Positions 30,940 to 41,674 are shown, counted from the stretch's first letter. The stretch: 64,000 nt of DNA from Desulfomonilia bacterium (GCA_050014195.1 JBEKDT010000014.1:64001-128000), one strand, 5' to 3'. Made by a program: numbers and translations. Notes: generated by a model not told the origin, from the letters alone.

Positions 30940-33900
30940 AGGTTTTTCGAGCACATATACTTGTCTGCGGCGGTACAGGGTGCCATGCCACGGGCAGTGA
31001 AGATGTCCATAAAGCTATTGTCCAGGAGCTGGCTGCAAAGAATCTCTCAAACGAAGTAACCGTGGTGGAAACAGGCTGCAACGGGTTCTGCGCAGCAGGC
31101 CCCATCATGGTCATGTATCCGGAAGGAACGTTCTACCAGTATGTGAAGGCCCTTGACGTCCCCGAAATCATCGAGGAACACATCGTCAAAGGCAGGCCGG
31201 TCAAGAGGCTCATGTACAAGGAGCCCACCACCGAAACGCCCATCCCCCACATGCTGGACATCCCGTTCTTCGGCAAGCAGAAGCTCATTGTCCTGAAGAA
31301 CAGGGGTCTCATCGATGCCGAGAAGATCGATGAATACATTGCGCGCAACGGCTATATGGGCGCGGCCAAGGCCCTGACCGAGATGAGCAGGGAACAGGTC
31401 ATCGAAGAGGTAAAGAAATCCGGTCTTCGCGGCCGTGGGGGCGGAGGGTTCCCCACCGGTATGAAGTGGTCCTTTGCAAGCAAGGCAAAAAGCGATGTAA
31501 AATATATCCTCTGCAACGCCGACGAGGGCGACCCGGGCGCATTCATGGACAGATCCGTCCTTGAGGCCGACCCCCATGCCGTGCTTGAAGGCATGATCAT
31601 CGGCGGCTACTCCATCGGCGCCAACGAAGGCTACATTTACTGCCGTGCCGAGTACCCGCTCGCCATCAAACGGCTGACAATTGCCATCAACCAAGCCAGG
31701 GAATACGGGCTGCTCGGAGAAAACATCCTGGGCTCGGGCTACAGCCTGGACATCCATATCTACCAGGGCGCAGGAGCGTTCGTATGCGGCGAAGAGACGG
31801 CTCTCATGAACTCCATCGAGGGCAAGCGCGGCATGCCGCGCCCCCGCCCTCCGTTCCCTGCGAGCAAGGGCCTGTGGCAGAAGCCATCGGTCTTGAACAA
31901 CGTTGAGACCTTTGCAAACATCTCACAGATCATCCTCAATGGCGGCGAATGGTATGCCTCCATGGGTACCGAGCGCTCCAAGGGCACCAAGGTGTTCGCC
32001 CTGACCGGAGCAGTCAACAACGTCGGTCTGGTGGAAGTCCCCATGGGTACCTCCATCGGCGAGATCATCTTCGACATCGGCGGCGGTATCAGGAACGGCA
32101 AGCAGTACAAGGCCGCCCAGCTCGGCGGTCCGTCCGGCGGCTGTATACCGGCAGAGGCGCTCAACACCCCCACCGATTATGAAGAGATCATCAAGCTCGG
32201 CGCCATCATGGGCTCCGGCGGGTTGATCGTCATGGACGAGGACACCTGCATGGTGGACACGGCAAAGTTCTTCATGGAATTCTGCCAGGAAGAGTCCTGC
32301 GGCAAGTGCACCCCGTGCCGTGAAGGCACCAAGCGCATGCTTGAGATCCTCCAGCGGATCTGCCACGGCGAGGGCAAGGAAGGCGACATCGAGCTCCTGG
32401 AAGACCTGGCGGCAGTTATCAAAGACTCTGCCCTGTGCGGACTCGGCCAGACGGCGCCGAACCCGGTTCTGTCGACCATAAAATATTTCAGGCACGAGTA
32501 TGAAGCCCATATCTACGACAAGAAGTGTCCGGCAGTCGTCTGCTCGAAACTGTTCAAGTCCCCCTGTCAGCACGCATGCCCCATCGAGATGGACGTGCCC
32601 TCATACATGGCACTCGTCAGGGCAGGCAGATTGGCAGATGCATTCAAGGTCATGAAGCGGACCAACCCGTTCCCCGGTGTGTGCGGCAGGGTCTGCCCGC
32701 AGTTCTGCGCCAACAAGTGCCGCAGGGGCCAGCTCGATGAGCCCATGGCCATTGCATGGATCAAGCGCTATATCGCAGACAATGCCAAGAGACCAAAGAT
32801 AGACGCAGTCCCGGTAACAAGGAAAGAGAAGGTCGCGGTCATCGGAGCAGGGCCTGCAGGCCTTACTGCCGCACAGGATCTGTGCATGAGGGGATACAAG
32901 GTCACGGTGTTCGAGGAACTGCCCTTTGCCGGCGGCATGATGCGCTACGCCATCCCCGAGTACCGCATGCCGAGGGACATCATCGAGCAGGAAGTTGCTG
33001 ATATCCGCGCTCTCGGTGTTGATATAAAGACCAATACCAGGGTAGGCAAGGACATCAGCTTTGATCAGGTCCGAAAGGATTTCGACATAACCGTGATAAC
33101 AGTCGGTGCGCACAAGAGCACAAGGCTCAACATAGAGGGTGAAGAACTCTCGGGTGTCTGGGGAGCGGTGGAATTCCTCCGCGAGGTCAACCTGGGCAAA
33201 AAGGTGAACCTGGGTTCGAAGGTGGCTATCGTAGGCGGCGGCAACTCCGCCATCGACGCGGCCCGCACCGCCATCCGCCTCGGCGCAAAGGACGTCACCA
33301 TCCTCTACCGACGCGAGCGCAAAGACATGCCCGCATGGGAGAACGAGATTGTGGCAGCCGAACATGAAGGCGTCAAGATCATGTACCTGGTTGCCCCGAC
33401 CAAACTCATCGGCAAGGGCGACAAACTCGCCGGTGTCGAGTGCCAGCGCATGAAGCTGGGTGAGTTCGACCGTTCCGGCAGGCGCAAACCGACAGCTATT
33501 GCCGGCAGCGAGTTCGTGCTCTCTATAGACACCATAGTCCCGGCCATCTCCCAGAGCACCGATGCATCTTTCATCGCTGCAGGCTCGGATGTGAACCTGG
33601 ACAAGTGGGGCGGAATACAGGCCACAGGCAAGGCAAAGAACAAGACCACTGCAGACAACGTATTCATAGCAGGCGACGCGGCAAGCGGCCCGGCCACCGT
33701 GGTGGAGGCCATCGCCATGGGTCACAAGACGGCCGATGATGTCGACGGCTTTATCCGCGCCAAAAACAACGAACCTGCCTACAGGATACCGCCCGATGAA
33801 GTCATCGAGATCCCCTTCGAGGTGGATGAAGAGGTCATCGAGAGCCCAAAGGCCAAGATGCCCGAGCTCAAGAAGTCAGAGCGCATGATCAGCTTCAAAG

Positions 33901-33977
33901 AGGTGGAACTGGGTTATTCCAAGAAGACTGCCTACAAAGAGGCCTGCAGGTGCCTGCGCTGCGATGCAGAGCTCTAG
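30936..33977 (+). CDS. NuoF/HydB flavoprotein fused to a GltD/NfnB-like NAD(P)H oxidoreductase
   Basis: N-terminal [2Fe-2S] CGGTGC, GRGGGGFP, NADEGDPGAFMD, GGPSGG, CGKCTPCREG, CPAVVC; then CQHACP, CGRVCP, GAGPAG, GGGNSAID, YRR, EACRCLRCD. Confidence 0.92.
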   Translation: MKVFRAHILVCGGTGCHATGSEDVHKAIVQELAAKNLSNEVTVVETGCNGFCAAGPIMVMYPEGTFYQYVKALDVPEIIEEHIVKGRPVKRLMYKEPTTETPIPHMLDIPFFGKQKLIVLKNRGLIDAEKIDEYIARNGYMGAAKALTEMSREQVIEEVKKSGLRGRGGGGFPTGMKWSFASKAKSDVKYILCNADEGDPGAFMDRSVLEADPHAVLEGMIIGGYSIGANEGYIYCRAEYPLAIKRLTIAINQAREYGLLGENILGSGYSLDIHIYQGAGAFVCGEETALMNSIEGKRGMPRPRPPFPASKGLWQKPSVLNNVETFANISQIILNGGEWYASMGTERSKGTKVFALTGAVNNVGLVEVPMGTSIGEIIFDIGGGIRNGKQYKAAQLGGPSGGCIPAEALNTPTDYEEIIKLGAIMGSGGLIVMDEDTCMVDTAKFFMEFCQEESCGKCTPCREGTKRMLEILQRICHGEGKEGDIELLEDLAAVIKDSALCGLGQTAPNPVLSTIKYFRHEYEAHIYDKKCPAVVCSKLFKSPCQHACPIEMDVPSYMALVRAGRLADAFKVMKRTNPFPGVCGRVCPQFCANKCRRGQLDEPMAIAWIKRYIADNAKRPKIDAVPVTRKEKVAVIGAGPAGLTAAQDLCMRGYKVTVFEELPFAGGMMRYAIPEYRMPRDIIEQEVADIRALGVDIKTNTRVGKDISFDQVRKDFDITVITVGAHKSTRLNIEGEELSGVWGAVEFLREVNLGKKVNLGSKVAIVGGGNSAIDAARTAIRLGAKDVTILYRRERKDMPAWENEIVAAEHEGVKIMYLVAPTKLIGKGDKLAGVECQRMKLGEFDRSGRRKPTAIAGSEFVLSIDTIVPAISQSTDASFIAAGSDVNLDKWGGIQATGKAKNKTTADNVFIAGDAASGPATVVEAIAMGHKTADDVDGFIRAKNNEPAYRIPPDEVIEIPFEVDEEVIESPKAKMPELKKSERMISFKEVELGYSKKTAYKEACRCLRCDAEL

Positions 33978-34001
33978 GGTGAAACGACAGGAGAGACGGT
34001 A

Positions 34002-35768
34002 ATGGTTAATCTGACAATTGATAAGATAAAGGTTAGCGTGGAAGAGGGCAGCACCATTTTAGAGGCTGCCAAGACCGTGGGTATTCATATCCCCACGCTG
34101 TGTGCATGGACCGAAATAGGCCATACACCGGGCGCCTGCAGGGTTTGCCTGTGCGAGGTGGAAGGCCAGAGAAACCTGGTTGCTTCCTGCGTGTTCCCGG
34201 TGGCAGAAGGCATGATCGTGAAGAGCACCACCGAGCGCGTAAGACATGCCCGGAAGCTCAATGTCGAGCTGCTTCTGGCGAACCACCCTACGGATTGCAA
34301 CATCTGCATCCGTAACGGCAACTGCGAGCTTCAGAATGTAGCCGAAGCGGTGGGTCTGCGCAAAGTACGCTTCGAGTACCCGCAGGACAAGGAAAAAAAG
34401 CTCGACACGAGCAGCCCGGCCATTGTGCGCGATCCCAGCAAGTGCATCAAGTGCTACCGCTGCGTGACCGTGTGCGAAAGCATTCAGACCGCCAATGTCC
34501 TGCAGCCCTCATTCCGGGGCGACAAGGTATTCATCGGCCCGCCGTTCGACATGCCCCTGATCGAGACCAACTGCACCATGTGCGGCCAGTGCGTGGTTGC
34601 ATGCCCGGTGGGTGCGCTCTATGAAAAGGACGACACCGAGGCGGTCTGGGCCGCACTGCAGGACCCCACAAAACACGTGGTAGTCCAGGAAGCACCTGCC
34701 ATCCGCGCCGCGCTGGGTGAAGAGTTCGGCCTGCCCGTAGGCACGCTTGTGACCGGTAAGATGATCTCGGCGCTCAAGCGGCTGGGATTCGATAAGGTGT
34801 TCGATACAAACTTCACCGCCGACCTCACCATCATCGAGGAAGGCAATGAGCTGCTGCAGCGGGTGAAAGAGGGCGGCAAGCTGCCCATGATCACCTCCTG
34901 CTCACCAGGCTGGATCAAGTTCTGCGAGCACTTCTACCCGGACCTGCTCGACAACCTCTCCACCTGCAAATCCCCGCAGCAGATGCTGGGCGCATTGGCC
35001 AAGAGTTATTACGCAAAGGTGGCGGGCATAGACCCCAAGGATATCACGGTGGTCTCCATAATGCCCTGCACAGCCAAGAAGTTTGAGTGTGCCCGCGATG
35101 AGATGAACGACAGTGGTTACCAGGATGTCGACTATGTTCTCACCACCCGAGAGCTCGCACGCATGATCAAGCAGGCAGGCATCGACTTTATTAACCTGGC
35201 CGATGGCGACTATGACAACCCGCTGGGCGAGTACACCGGTGCAGGCACTATCTTCGGTGCAACAGGCGGCGTTATGGAAGCAGCCCTGAGGACAGTGTAT
35301 GCAGTGGTGACCGGCCAGAACCTCGAAGACCTCAACGTCACCCCGGTTCGCGGTCTTGAAGGCGTGAAAGAGGCTGCCGTGAACGTCGGTCCTCTGGGCG
35401 AGGTGAAGGTGGCCGTTGCCCACGGGCTCAGCAATGCCCGGAAGCTCATGGACAAGGTGCGCGAGGGCACTGCAAACTATGCGTTCATCGAGGTCATGTG
35501 CTGCCCAGGCGGTTGCATAGCAGGCGGAGGACAGCCCATCCCGCCCAGCAATGAGATCAGGATGAAGAGGGCGGCAGCCCTGTACCAGGACGACGGTGCA
35601 GTCCAGAAATTCCGCCAGTCCCATGAAAACCCATCCGTCAAGAGGATCTATGAGGTCTTCCTTGAGAAGCCTCTCGGGCACAAGTCACACGAGCTGCTCC
35701 ACACCCATTATGTGAAACGGGGAACAGACATGCCCCACAAGAAGCAGGGAGTGAAAAAATCAACTTAA
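34002..35768 (+). CDS. hydA: [FeFe]-hydrogenase catalytic subunit, group A
   Basis: H-cluster motifs TSCSPGW, MPCTAKKFE, EVMCCPGGCIAGGGQP; NuoG-like N-terminal Fe-S domains. Confidence 0.96.
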   Translation: MVNLTIDKIKVSVEEGSTILEAAKTVGIHIPTLCAWTEIGHTPGACRVCLCEVEGQRNLVASCVFPVAEGMIVKSTTERVRHARKLNVELLLANHPTDCNICIRNGNCELQNVAEAVGLRKVRFEYPQDKEKKLDTSSPAIVRDPSKCIKCYRCVTVCESIQTANVLQPSFRGDKVFIGPPFDMPLIETNCTMCGQCVVACPVGALYEKDDTEAVWAALQDPTKHVVVQEAPAIRAALGEEFGLPVGTLVTGKMISALKRLGFDKVFDTNFTADLTIIEEGNELLQRVKEGGKLPMITSCSPGWIKFCEHFYPDLLDNLSTCKSPQQMLGALAKSYYAKVAGIDPKDITVVSIMPCTAKKFECARDEMNDSGYQDVDYVLTTRELARMIKQAGIDFINLADGDYDNPLGEYTGAGTIFGATGGVMEAALRTVYAVVTGQNLEDLNVTPVRGLEGVKEAAVNVGPLGEVKVAVAHGLSNARKLMDKVREGTANYAFIEVMCCPGGCIAGGGQPIPPSNEIRMKRAAALYQDDGAVQKFRQSHENPSVKRIYEVFLEKPLGHKSHELLHTHYVKRGTDMPHKKQGVKKST

Positions 35769-35838
35769 GAAAGTAACCATCAAGCAACCTGCGAGGGAGG
35801 TCTTAAGGACTGACCTTGAGGGTATAAGAAGGACTCTC

Positions 35839-35879
35839 AAAAGGGCCTTTACCCTATCTCGCGGGTAAAGGCCCTTTTT
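35839..35879 (+). terminator. intrinsic terminator
   Basis: AAAAGGGCCTTTACCC-8nt-GGGTAAAGGCCCTTTTT. Confidence 0.85.
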
Positions 35880-35896
35880 CATGCAGGAGAATACAC

Positions 35897-36154
35897 ATGG
35901 AAGAAAAGTCGCGGAGAATCGGTGTGGTGAGTATTATCATCCATAAGAGAAAAGAGACAGCGATGAAGGTGAATGAAATATTGACCCAATACGGCGAGTG
36001 CATCATCGGCCGTATGGGTATTCCCTATGAACCGAAAGGAATCAACATCATTGCACTCATCATTCACGGCACCACCGACGATATCGGGGCCTTGACAGGC
36101 AAGCTCGGATCACTGCCGGAGGTTGAGGTCAAATCGGTCCTGACAAAGGCATGA
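35897..36154 (+). CDS. TM1266-family iron-only hydrogenase system putative regulator
   Basis: IIGRMGIPY...IGALTGKLGSL; upstream of hydG. Confidence 0.88.
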   Translation: MEEKSRRIGVVSIIIHKRKETAMKVNEILTQYGECIIGRMGIPYEPKGINIIALIIHGTTDDIGALTGKLGSLPEVEVKSVLTKA

Positions 36155-36164
36155 GGAGGAAACC

Positions 36165-37559
36165 ATGCAGGATTTCATCAACGATACACTCATACAAGAA
36201 ACGCTGGAGCATGCAAAGAACCCTACAAAAGACAGGGTGATGGAGATCATCAACAAGGCGCATGAGCTTCACGGGCTCTCCCCTGATGAGGTGGCGGGTC
36301 TGCTCCAAACCGAAGATCAGGACCTCATCGAAGAGATCTATACGACTGCGAGATCCATCAAGCGGAGCATCTACGGCAACCGTCTCGTGCTCTTCGCCCC
36401 GCTGTACATCTCCAACTACTGCTCAAACAACTGTCTCTACTGCGGCTTCCGGAGAGACAACAAGGAGCTGAAGCGCAGGGCGCTGACCATGGATGAGATC
36501 GCCGACGAGGTGAGGACGCTGGAGAGGGAAGGGCACAAGCGGCTGCTGATGCTCTGCGGTGAAAACCATAAGAAGAGTTCCATGGATTACTTCATCGAGG
36601 CCATCGAGACGGCATACGCCACGACCACCGAACATGGCGGGGAGATACGGCGCATCAACGTTGAGATCGCACCCCAGAGTGTGGAAGACTTCCAGAGGCT
36701 CAAGGCTGCCAAGATAGGGACTTACGTACTTTTCCAGGAAACGTATCATCATGCAACTTACAAAAAGATGCACCCGAGCGGTCCCAAGGCCGACTTCACC
36801 TGGAGGGTGACCGCTCAGGACAGGGCCATGGAGGGCGGTATCAATGATGTGGGTATCGGCGCGCTCTTCGGATTATATGATTACAAATATGAAGTGTTGG
36901 GACTGCTTCACCATGCCCTGCACCTTGAAGAGGTCTACGGCGTGGGACCTCACACCATTTCGATACCCAGGCTGGAGCCGGCCTTGAACGCACCTGCCGC
37001 CATCACACCGCCCATGCCCGTACCCGATGATGAATTCAAGAAAATGGTTGCCATCATCCGGCTTGCAGTCCCCTACACCGGCATGATCCTTTCCACGAGA
37101 GAGCGGCCCGAGCTCAGGAGCGAGGTGTTCGATCTGGGCATCTCCCAGATAAGCGCAGGCTCCCGCACCAATCCCGGCGGTTACAAGGAGGATGGACCCG
37201 ACGGGTTCAGGGCGGCCCAGTTCAACTTGGGCGACACCCGGACCCTTGATGAAGTGATCTACGACATCACCACCCACGGACACATCCCGAGTTTCTGCAC
37301 CGCCTGCTATCGGCTCGGAAGGGTGGGCGAGGACTTTATGGACCTGGCAAAGCCGGGGCTCATCCAGAAATTCTGCCGGACCAATGCCATTTTAACCTTC
37401 AAGGAATATCTCGAAGACTATGCGTCCGCACAGACGAAAGAAGCAGGGAAGAATCTTATCCATCAGCTCTTGAGGGAGACAGATGATGTAAAGGTGAAGG
37501 ATCTGCTGCAAGACCGCCTCGAAAAGATTGAACATGGACAGCATGACCTGTACATCTGA
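36165..37559 (+). CDS. hydG: [FeFe]-hydrogenase maturase HydG
   Basis: FAPLYISNYCSNNCLYC radical SAM motif, GPHTISIPR, C-terminal FCTACYR...C. Confidence 0.95.
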   Translation: MQDFINDTLIQETLEHAKNPTKDRVMEIINKAHELHGLSPDEVAGLLQTEDQDLIEEIYTTARSIKRSIYGNRLVLFAPLYISNYCSNNCLYCGFRRDNKELKRRALTMDEIADEVRTLEREGHKRLLMLCGENHKKSSMDYFIEAIETAYATTTEHGGEIRRINVEIAPQSVEDFQRLKAAKIGTYVLFQETYHHATYKKMHPSGPKADFTWRVTAQDRAMEGGINDVGIGALFGLYDYKYEVLGLLHHALHLEEVYGVGPHTISIPRLEPALNAPAAITPPMPVPDDEFKKMVAIIRLAVPYTGMILSTRERPELRSEVFDLGISQISAGSRTNPGGYKEDGPDGFRAAQFNLGDTRTLDEVIYDITTHGHIPSFCTACYRLGRVGEDFMDLAKPGLIQKFCRTNAILTFKEYLEDYASAQTKEAGKNLIHQLLRETDDVKVKDLLQDRLEKIEHGQHDLYI

Positions 37560-38598
37560 TACTGCTCAAGGAATGATCTTGAGGGCTGAGCACGGCCATG
37601 AGCTTAATCGTGGTAAGATCATAGAGCTCTTGTCATTGAATGACCCTGCGGACATGGATGTCCTCTTTCAGGCCGCAGACCGCGTCCGCAAGGAATATGT
37701 GGGCGATGAGATATTCTTAAGGGGCATCATCGAGTTCTCCAATTACTGCAGGAACAACTGCCTCTACTGCGGCCTGCGCAGTGACAATTTCGATACAGAG
37801 CGTTATCGCATGGATGATGATGAGATCCTTGGCCTTGCCAGGGCCATTGAGCGAAGGGAATGCGGCACGGTTGTCCTGCAGTCGGGTGAAGACCCGTACT
37901 ATACCAAAGATCGCATGTGCGGGATCATATCCCGGATCAAGGATGAGACTGCATTGACCGTAACCCTCTCGCTGGGGCAACGATCATATGAAGACCTTAA
38001 GGCCTTCAGGCAGGCCGGTGCCGAGCGCTACCTGCTCAGGCATGAAACGGCATCCCCAAAGCTGTATGCCTCCCTGTGCCCGGGCAGGACACTCGATGAA
38101 AGGATTCAGTGCCTGCGGTGGCTCAGAGAGTTTGATTATGAAGTGGGCTCGGGATGCATGGTTGGGCTGCCGGGCCAGACCGTGGAAGACCTTGCAGATG
38201 ACGTGCTCCTGATAAAAGAGCTTAATGCGGACATGATCGGCATCGGGCCTTTCATTCCCCATGAGCATACCCCTTTGAGAAAGCATCTCCCAGGGGATAC
38301 GCTCCAGGTGCTCAAGCTGCTGGCTGTGATCCGCCTGGTTACCAGGGACACCAACATCCCATCCACAACGGCACTCGGGGTACTGGATGCCCGGAGCAGA
38401 AAAAAGGCATTCCAGGCAGGTGCGAACATCTTCATGCCCGTATTCACGCCCCAGGATTATGCGGAGCGTTATGATCTCTACCCGGGCAAGGGCGATGTGA
38501 AGAAGGCCGACGGTGCGATCCTGGACTTCAAGGCCTTCTTCGACTCCATCGGAAGACCTATCGGAAAAGGTCCGGGGGGCAGGAGGAGTCATAGGTAG
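37528..38598 (+). CDS. hydE: [FeFe]-hydrogenase maturase HydE (start uncertain)
   Basis: RGIIEFSNYCRNNCLYCGLR, VLQSGED, YLLRHET, GIGPFIPH, YDLYPGK. Confidence 0.93.
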   Translation: MNMDSMTCTSDTAQGMILRAEHGHELNRGKIIELLSLNDPADMDVLFQAADRVRKEYVGDEIFLRGIIEFSNYCRNNCLYCGLRSDNFDTERYRMDDDEILGLARAIERRECGTVVLQSGEDPYYTKDRMCGIISRIKDETALTVTLSLGQRSYEDLKAFRQAGAERYLLRHETASPKLYASLCPGRTLDERIQCLRWLREFDYEVGSGCMVGLPGQTVEDLADDVLLIKELNADMIGIGPFIPHEHTPLRKHLPGDTLQVLKLLAVIRLVTRDTNIPSTTALGVLDARSRKKAFQAGANIFMPVFTPQDYAERYDLYPGKGDVKKADGAILDFKAFFDSIGRPIGKGPGGRRSHR

Positions 38599-38667
38599 GA
38601 GATAACTTCAGAACGATAAAGGAAAGATGAGTAAGATAGTCTCAAAAAATAAATGGTAGAATTTATG

Positions 38668-38710
38668 TCCCCTCGCCCCTCTTTGAGGGGAGAGGGACAG
38701 GGTGAGGGGT
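38668..38710. repeat. REP-like palindromic element
   Basis: TCCCCTCGCCCCTCTTTGAGGGGAGAGGGACAGGGTGAGGGG, the common CCCCTCACCC..CCCTCTCCC type, intergenic. Confidence 0.7.
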
Positions 38711-38750
38711 GCATTGAAACCCACTAAAGAACCAACAATTCATTCCAGAG

Positions 38751-40145
38751 GTGAGTGTGAGAAAAGAACACGATTCGCTTGGAAGCTTTGACATACCGGA
38801 CGATTGCCTCTACGGCGTGCATACCGCCAGGGCGCTTGAAAATTTCGGCGAGATCGGGGATAGGCACGACCCGCTCTTTGTGAAGGCCTACCTGCTGATC
38901 AAGAAGGCGGCGGTGCTTGCGAATGCAGAGCTTGGTTTCCTCGAAAAAGAAAAGGCCCATGCAATCATACGTGCTATCGATGAAATGCTCACCCGGGAAA
39001 GCCTCGAAGACATCGTGGTCAACCCCATAAGCGGCGGGGCAGGGACATCGCTCAATATGAACGTGAACGAGGTCATCGCCAACAGGGCCCTTGAGTCGGC
39101 CGGGAGAGAAAAGGGAGATTACGGGTATATCCACCCCATTGATCACGTGAACATGCACCAGTCCACCAATGACACATACCCCTCGGCGTGTAAGGTTGCG
39201 ATGCTCATGCATCTGGACAAGCTGGAAGATGCACTTATCAAGCTGCAGAAGGCACTCCAGGAAAAGGAGAGGGCCTTTACCGGAATCCTCAAACTGGGCC
39301 GCACCGAGCTCCAGGATGCATTGCCAATAACTGCGGGCATGCAGTTCGCCGCTTATGCCGAGGCCATAGCCAGAGACCGGTGGAGGATCTTCAAGGCACG
39401 CGAACGCATCAAGGTGCTCAACATAGGAGGTACAGCCATCGGCACAGGTTTCAATGCGCCCCAGAGATACATATTCCTGGTGATCGAGAAACTCAAGGAG
39501 CTCACAGGCCTTGCCATCAGCCGCTCCGAGAACATGGTGGATGCCACCCAGAATCTGGATGCCATCGTCGAGGTATCGGGCCTGGTCAAGACCTGTGCAG
39601 TGAACCTCATGAAGATATCCGAAGACCTGCGGCTCCTGTCATCGGGGCCTTCAGGGGGTATCGGCGAGGTGATCCTCCCTGCCCGGCAGGAGGGCTCATC
39701 CATCATGCCGGGCAAGGTCAACCCGGTCATGTGCGAGTTCGCCACACAGATCGGCCTTGTCATCTTAGCGTATGACAATACCATCGCACAGGCAGCGGCC
39801 CTGGGCAACCTGGAGCTGAACCAGTTTTTCCCGCTGGTTTCCTACCTTGTCCTGAAAAGTATGTCGCTCTTGAGGCTCGCCCTTATCAAGTTCGAGGACA
39901 AGGTCATCAAGGGATTGACCTTGAACAGGGAGAAGATCGATGCGAACCTGAATGATTCGGTAGCGATCCTGACCTATCTCTCCCAGTACATCGGGCACGA
40001 TGCAGCAGCGCGCATCTACCTGATAGTGAAAATCGACAAGAGGACATTGAAGCAGATCATACTGGACGAAAAAGTCATGACCGAACAGCAGTATGACGAG
40101 CTGGTCTCACCCGAGATGATCCGCATGATGGGGTATAAGAAATGA
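38751..40145 (+). CDS. aspA: aspartate ammonia-lyase
   Basis: GAGTSLNMNVNEV, QSTNDTYP, GRTELQDA, GSSIMPGKVNP. Confidence 0.88.
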   Translation: MSVRKEHDSLGSFDIPDDCLYGVHTARALENFGEIGDRHDPLFVKAYLLIKKAAVLANAELGFLEKEKAHAIIRAIDEMLTRESLEDIVVNPISGGAGTSLNMNVNEVIANRALESAGREKGDYGYIHPIDHVNMHQSTNDTYPSACKVAMLMHLDKLEDALIKLQKALQEKERAFTGILKLGRTELQDALPITAGMQFAAYAEAIARDRWRIFKARERIKVLNIGGTAIGTGFNAPQRYIFLVIEKLKELTGLAISRSENMVDATQNLDAIVEVSGLVKTCAVNLMKISEDLRLLSSGPSGGIGEVILPARQEGSSIMPGKVNPVMCEFATQIGLVILAYDNTIAQAAALGNLELNQFFPLVSYLVLKSMSLLRLALIKFEDKVIKGLTLNREKIDANLNDSVAILTYLSQYIGHDAAARIYLIVKIDKRTLKQIILDEKVMTEQQYDELVSPEMIRMMGYKK

Positions 40146-41362
40146 ACGCCACACCGATAGCCAACAGGCTGCACATAGGCATCTTCGGCAAGCGCAACGC
40201 AGGCAAATCATCTTTCATCAATGCGTTAACCGGTCAGAGCGTTTCCATCGTCTCGCCCGTAGCAGGCACCACCACCGATCCCGTAGGCAAGGCCATGGAG
40301 ATCCATGGTATTGGCCCTGTCTATATCTATGATACGGCTGGAATAGACGACACTGGCGATCTCGGAGAGATGCGGGTGGATCGTACCAAGGCCATCATGG
40401 GCAAGATCAACCTTGCCGTGGTGATAAGCACCTCTGCAGACTTTGACGAGGCCGACAAAGCCCTTCTGGACGAGCTCAAGGCGCGGGGAGCCAAATCTCT
40501 TCTTGTATTCAACAAGATAGACCTCTTTCCAATAGATGAGGGCGTTGCTGACAGCCTGAAGGTTGACAAGATCCCCTTTACCGCCGTGAGCTGTCTCACC
40601 GGAGAGAACATAGGCCAGGCACGCAATCGCATGGTGGAGATCGCAAAGACCCTTCAGGCCGAGCGATCAACAATAGTAGGCGACATCATCGACCACGGAG
40701 AGCTGGTGCTCCTGGTGGTGCCCATCGACCTGGGTGCGCCCAAGGGCAGGCTCATCCTGCCCCAGGTGCAGGTCATCAGGGATATACTGGACAACGACGC
40801 CGTGGCCATGGTGGTCAAGGAGCGCGAGATCGAATACATCCTGAGCAGCCTCAAGACCCCGCCGGGCCTTGTCATCTGCGATTCCCAGGTGGTCCTGAAG
40901 GTCTCGGGCGATCTGCCGCCGGGTACAAAGCTCACCACCTTTTCCATCCTGTTCTCCAGGCTCAAGGGCGATCTGGCCAAATTCGTCACAGGGGTCAAGG
41001 CCATCGATACGCTTCATGACGGCGACAAGGTGCTCATCTGCGAGGCATGCACCCACCACCCCCTGCCGGATGACATCGGCCGCGTCAAGATACCCAGGTG
41101 GGTAAAGATCTACACCGGCAAGGATATCACCTTTGACGTCCATGCCGGCCCTATCCTGGACAGGGACATCTCGGAATACCGGCTCATCATCCAGTGCGGC
41201 GGGTGCATGATAAACCGCAAGGAGATGCTCGGCAGGATCAGGGATGCGAATGATAAAAGCATTCCTATGACCAATTATGGGGTGGCCATCTCCTATGTGC
41301 ACGGGGTTCTTAGGAAGGCACTGTCGCCATTTCCGTATGAGCAAAGCCTATTGAATGACTGA
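40142..41362 (+). CDS. hydF: [FeFe]-hydrogenase maturation GTPase HydF
   Basis: GKRNAGKSS, GTTTDPV, APKGRLILPQ, EACTHH, QCGGCM, TNYG. Confidence 0.95.
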   Translation: MNATPIANRLHIGIFGKRNAGKSSFINALTGQSVSIVSPVAGTTTDPVGKAMEIHGIGPVYIYDTAGIDDTGDLGEMRVDRTKAIMGKINLAVVISTSADFDEADKALLDELKARGAKSLLVFNKIDLFPIDEGVADSLKVDKIPFTAVSCLTGENIGQARNRMVEIAKTLQAERSTIVGDIIDHGELVLLVVPIDLGAPKGRLILPQVQVIRDILDNDAVAMVVKEREIEYILSSLKTPPGLVICDSQVVLKVSGDLPPGTKLTTFSILFSRLKGDLAKFVTGVKAIDTLHDGDKVLICEACTHHPLPDDIGRVKIPRWVKIYTGKDITFDVHAGPILDRDISEYRLIIQCGGCMINRKEMLGRIRDANDKSIPMTNYGVAISYVHGVLRKALSPFPYEQSLLND

Positions 41363-41674
41363 TGGTACGAGTATCCGTATTGTTCATAAATCCGGTTCAA
41401 GCATAGTTTTCAGTTGAAAGAGCGTGATAAGGAAATGCTCCATTGCATAGATCTCATCTGAAGACCTGCAATAATCTAGTCCCTTAAAAATTAAACAGTT
41501 ATCGCAGTAATGTTCACTACAAGTATAGCGATGATTTTGAGTTATAATCTATGGTGAGAGTTATTCAAACCTGCCATTGGGTCTGGCACAATATCTACAT
41601 TTTGAGGAAAATAAAATAAGCGCTTATACTGTATGGATTATTCTTATGAATGGTTGTCAAGTTTAACCAATGAC

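Noticed and set aside
31047-33725. Long antisense ORFs over hydrogenase, fdh and hox genes
   Set aside because: Typical shadows of GC3-rich coding strands.
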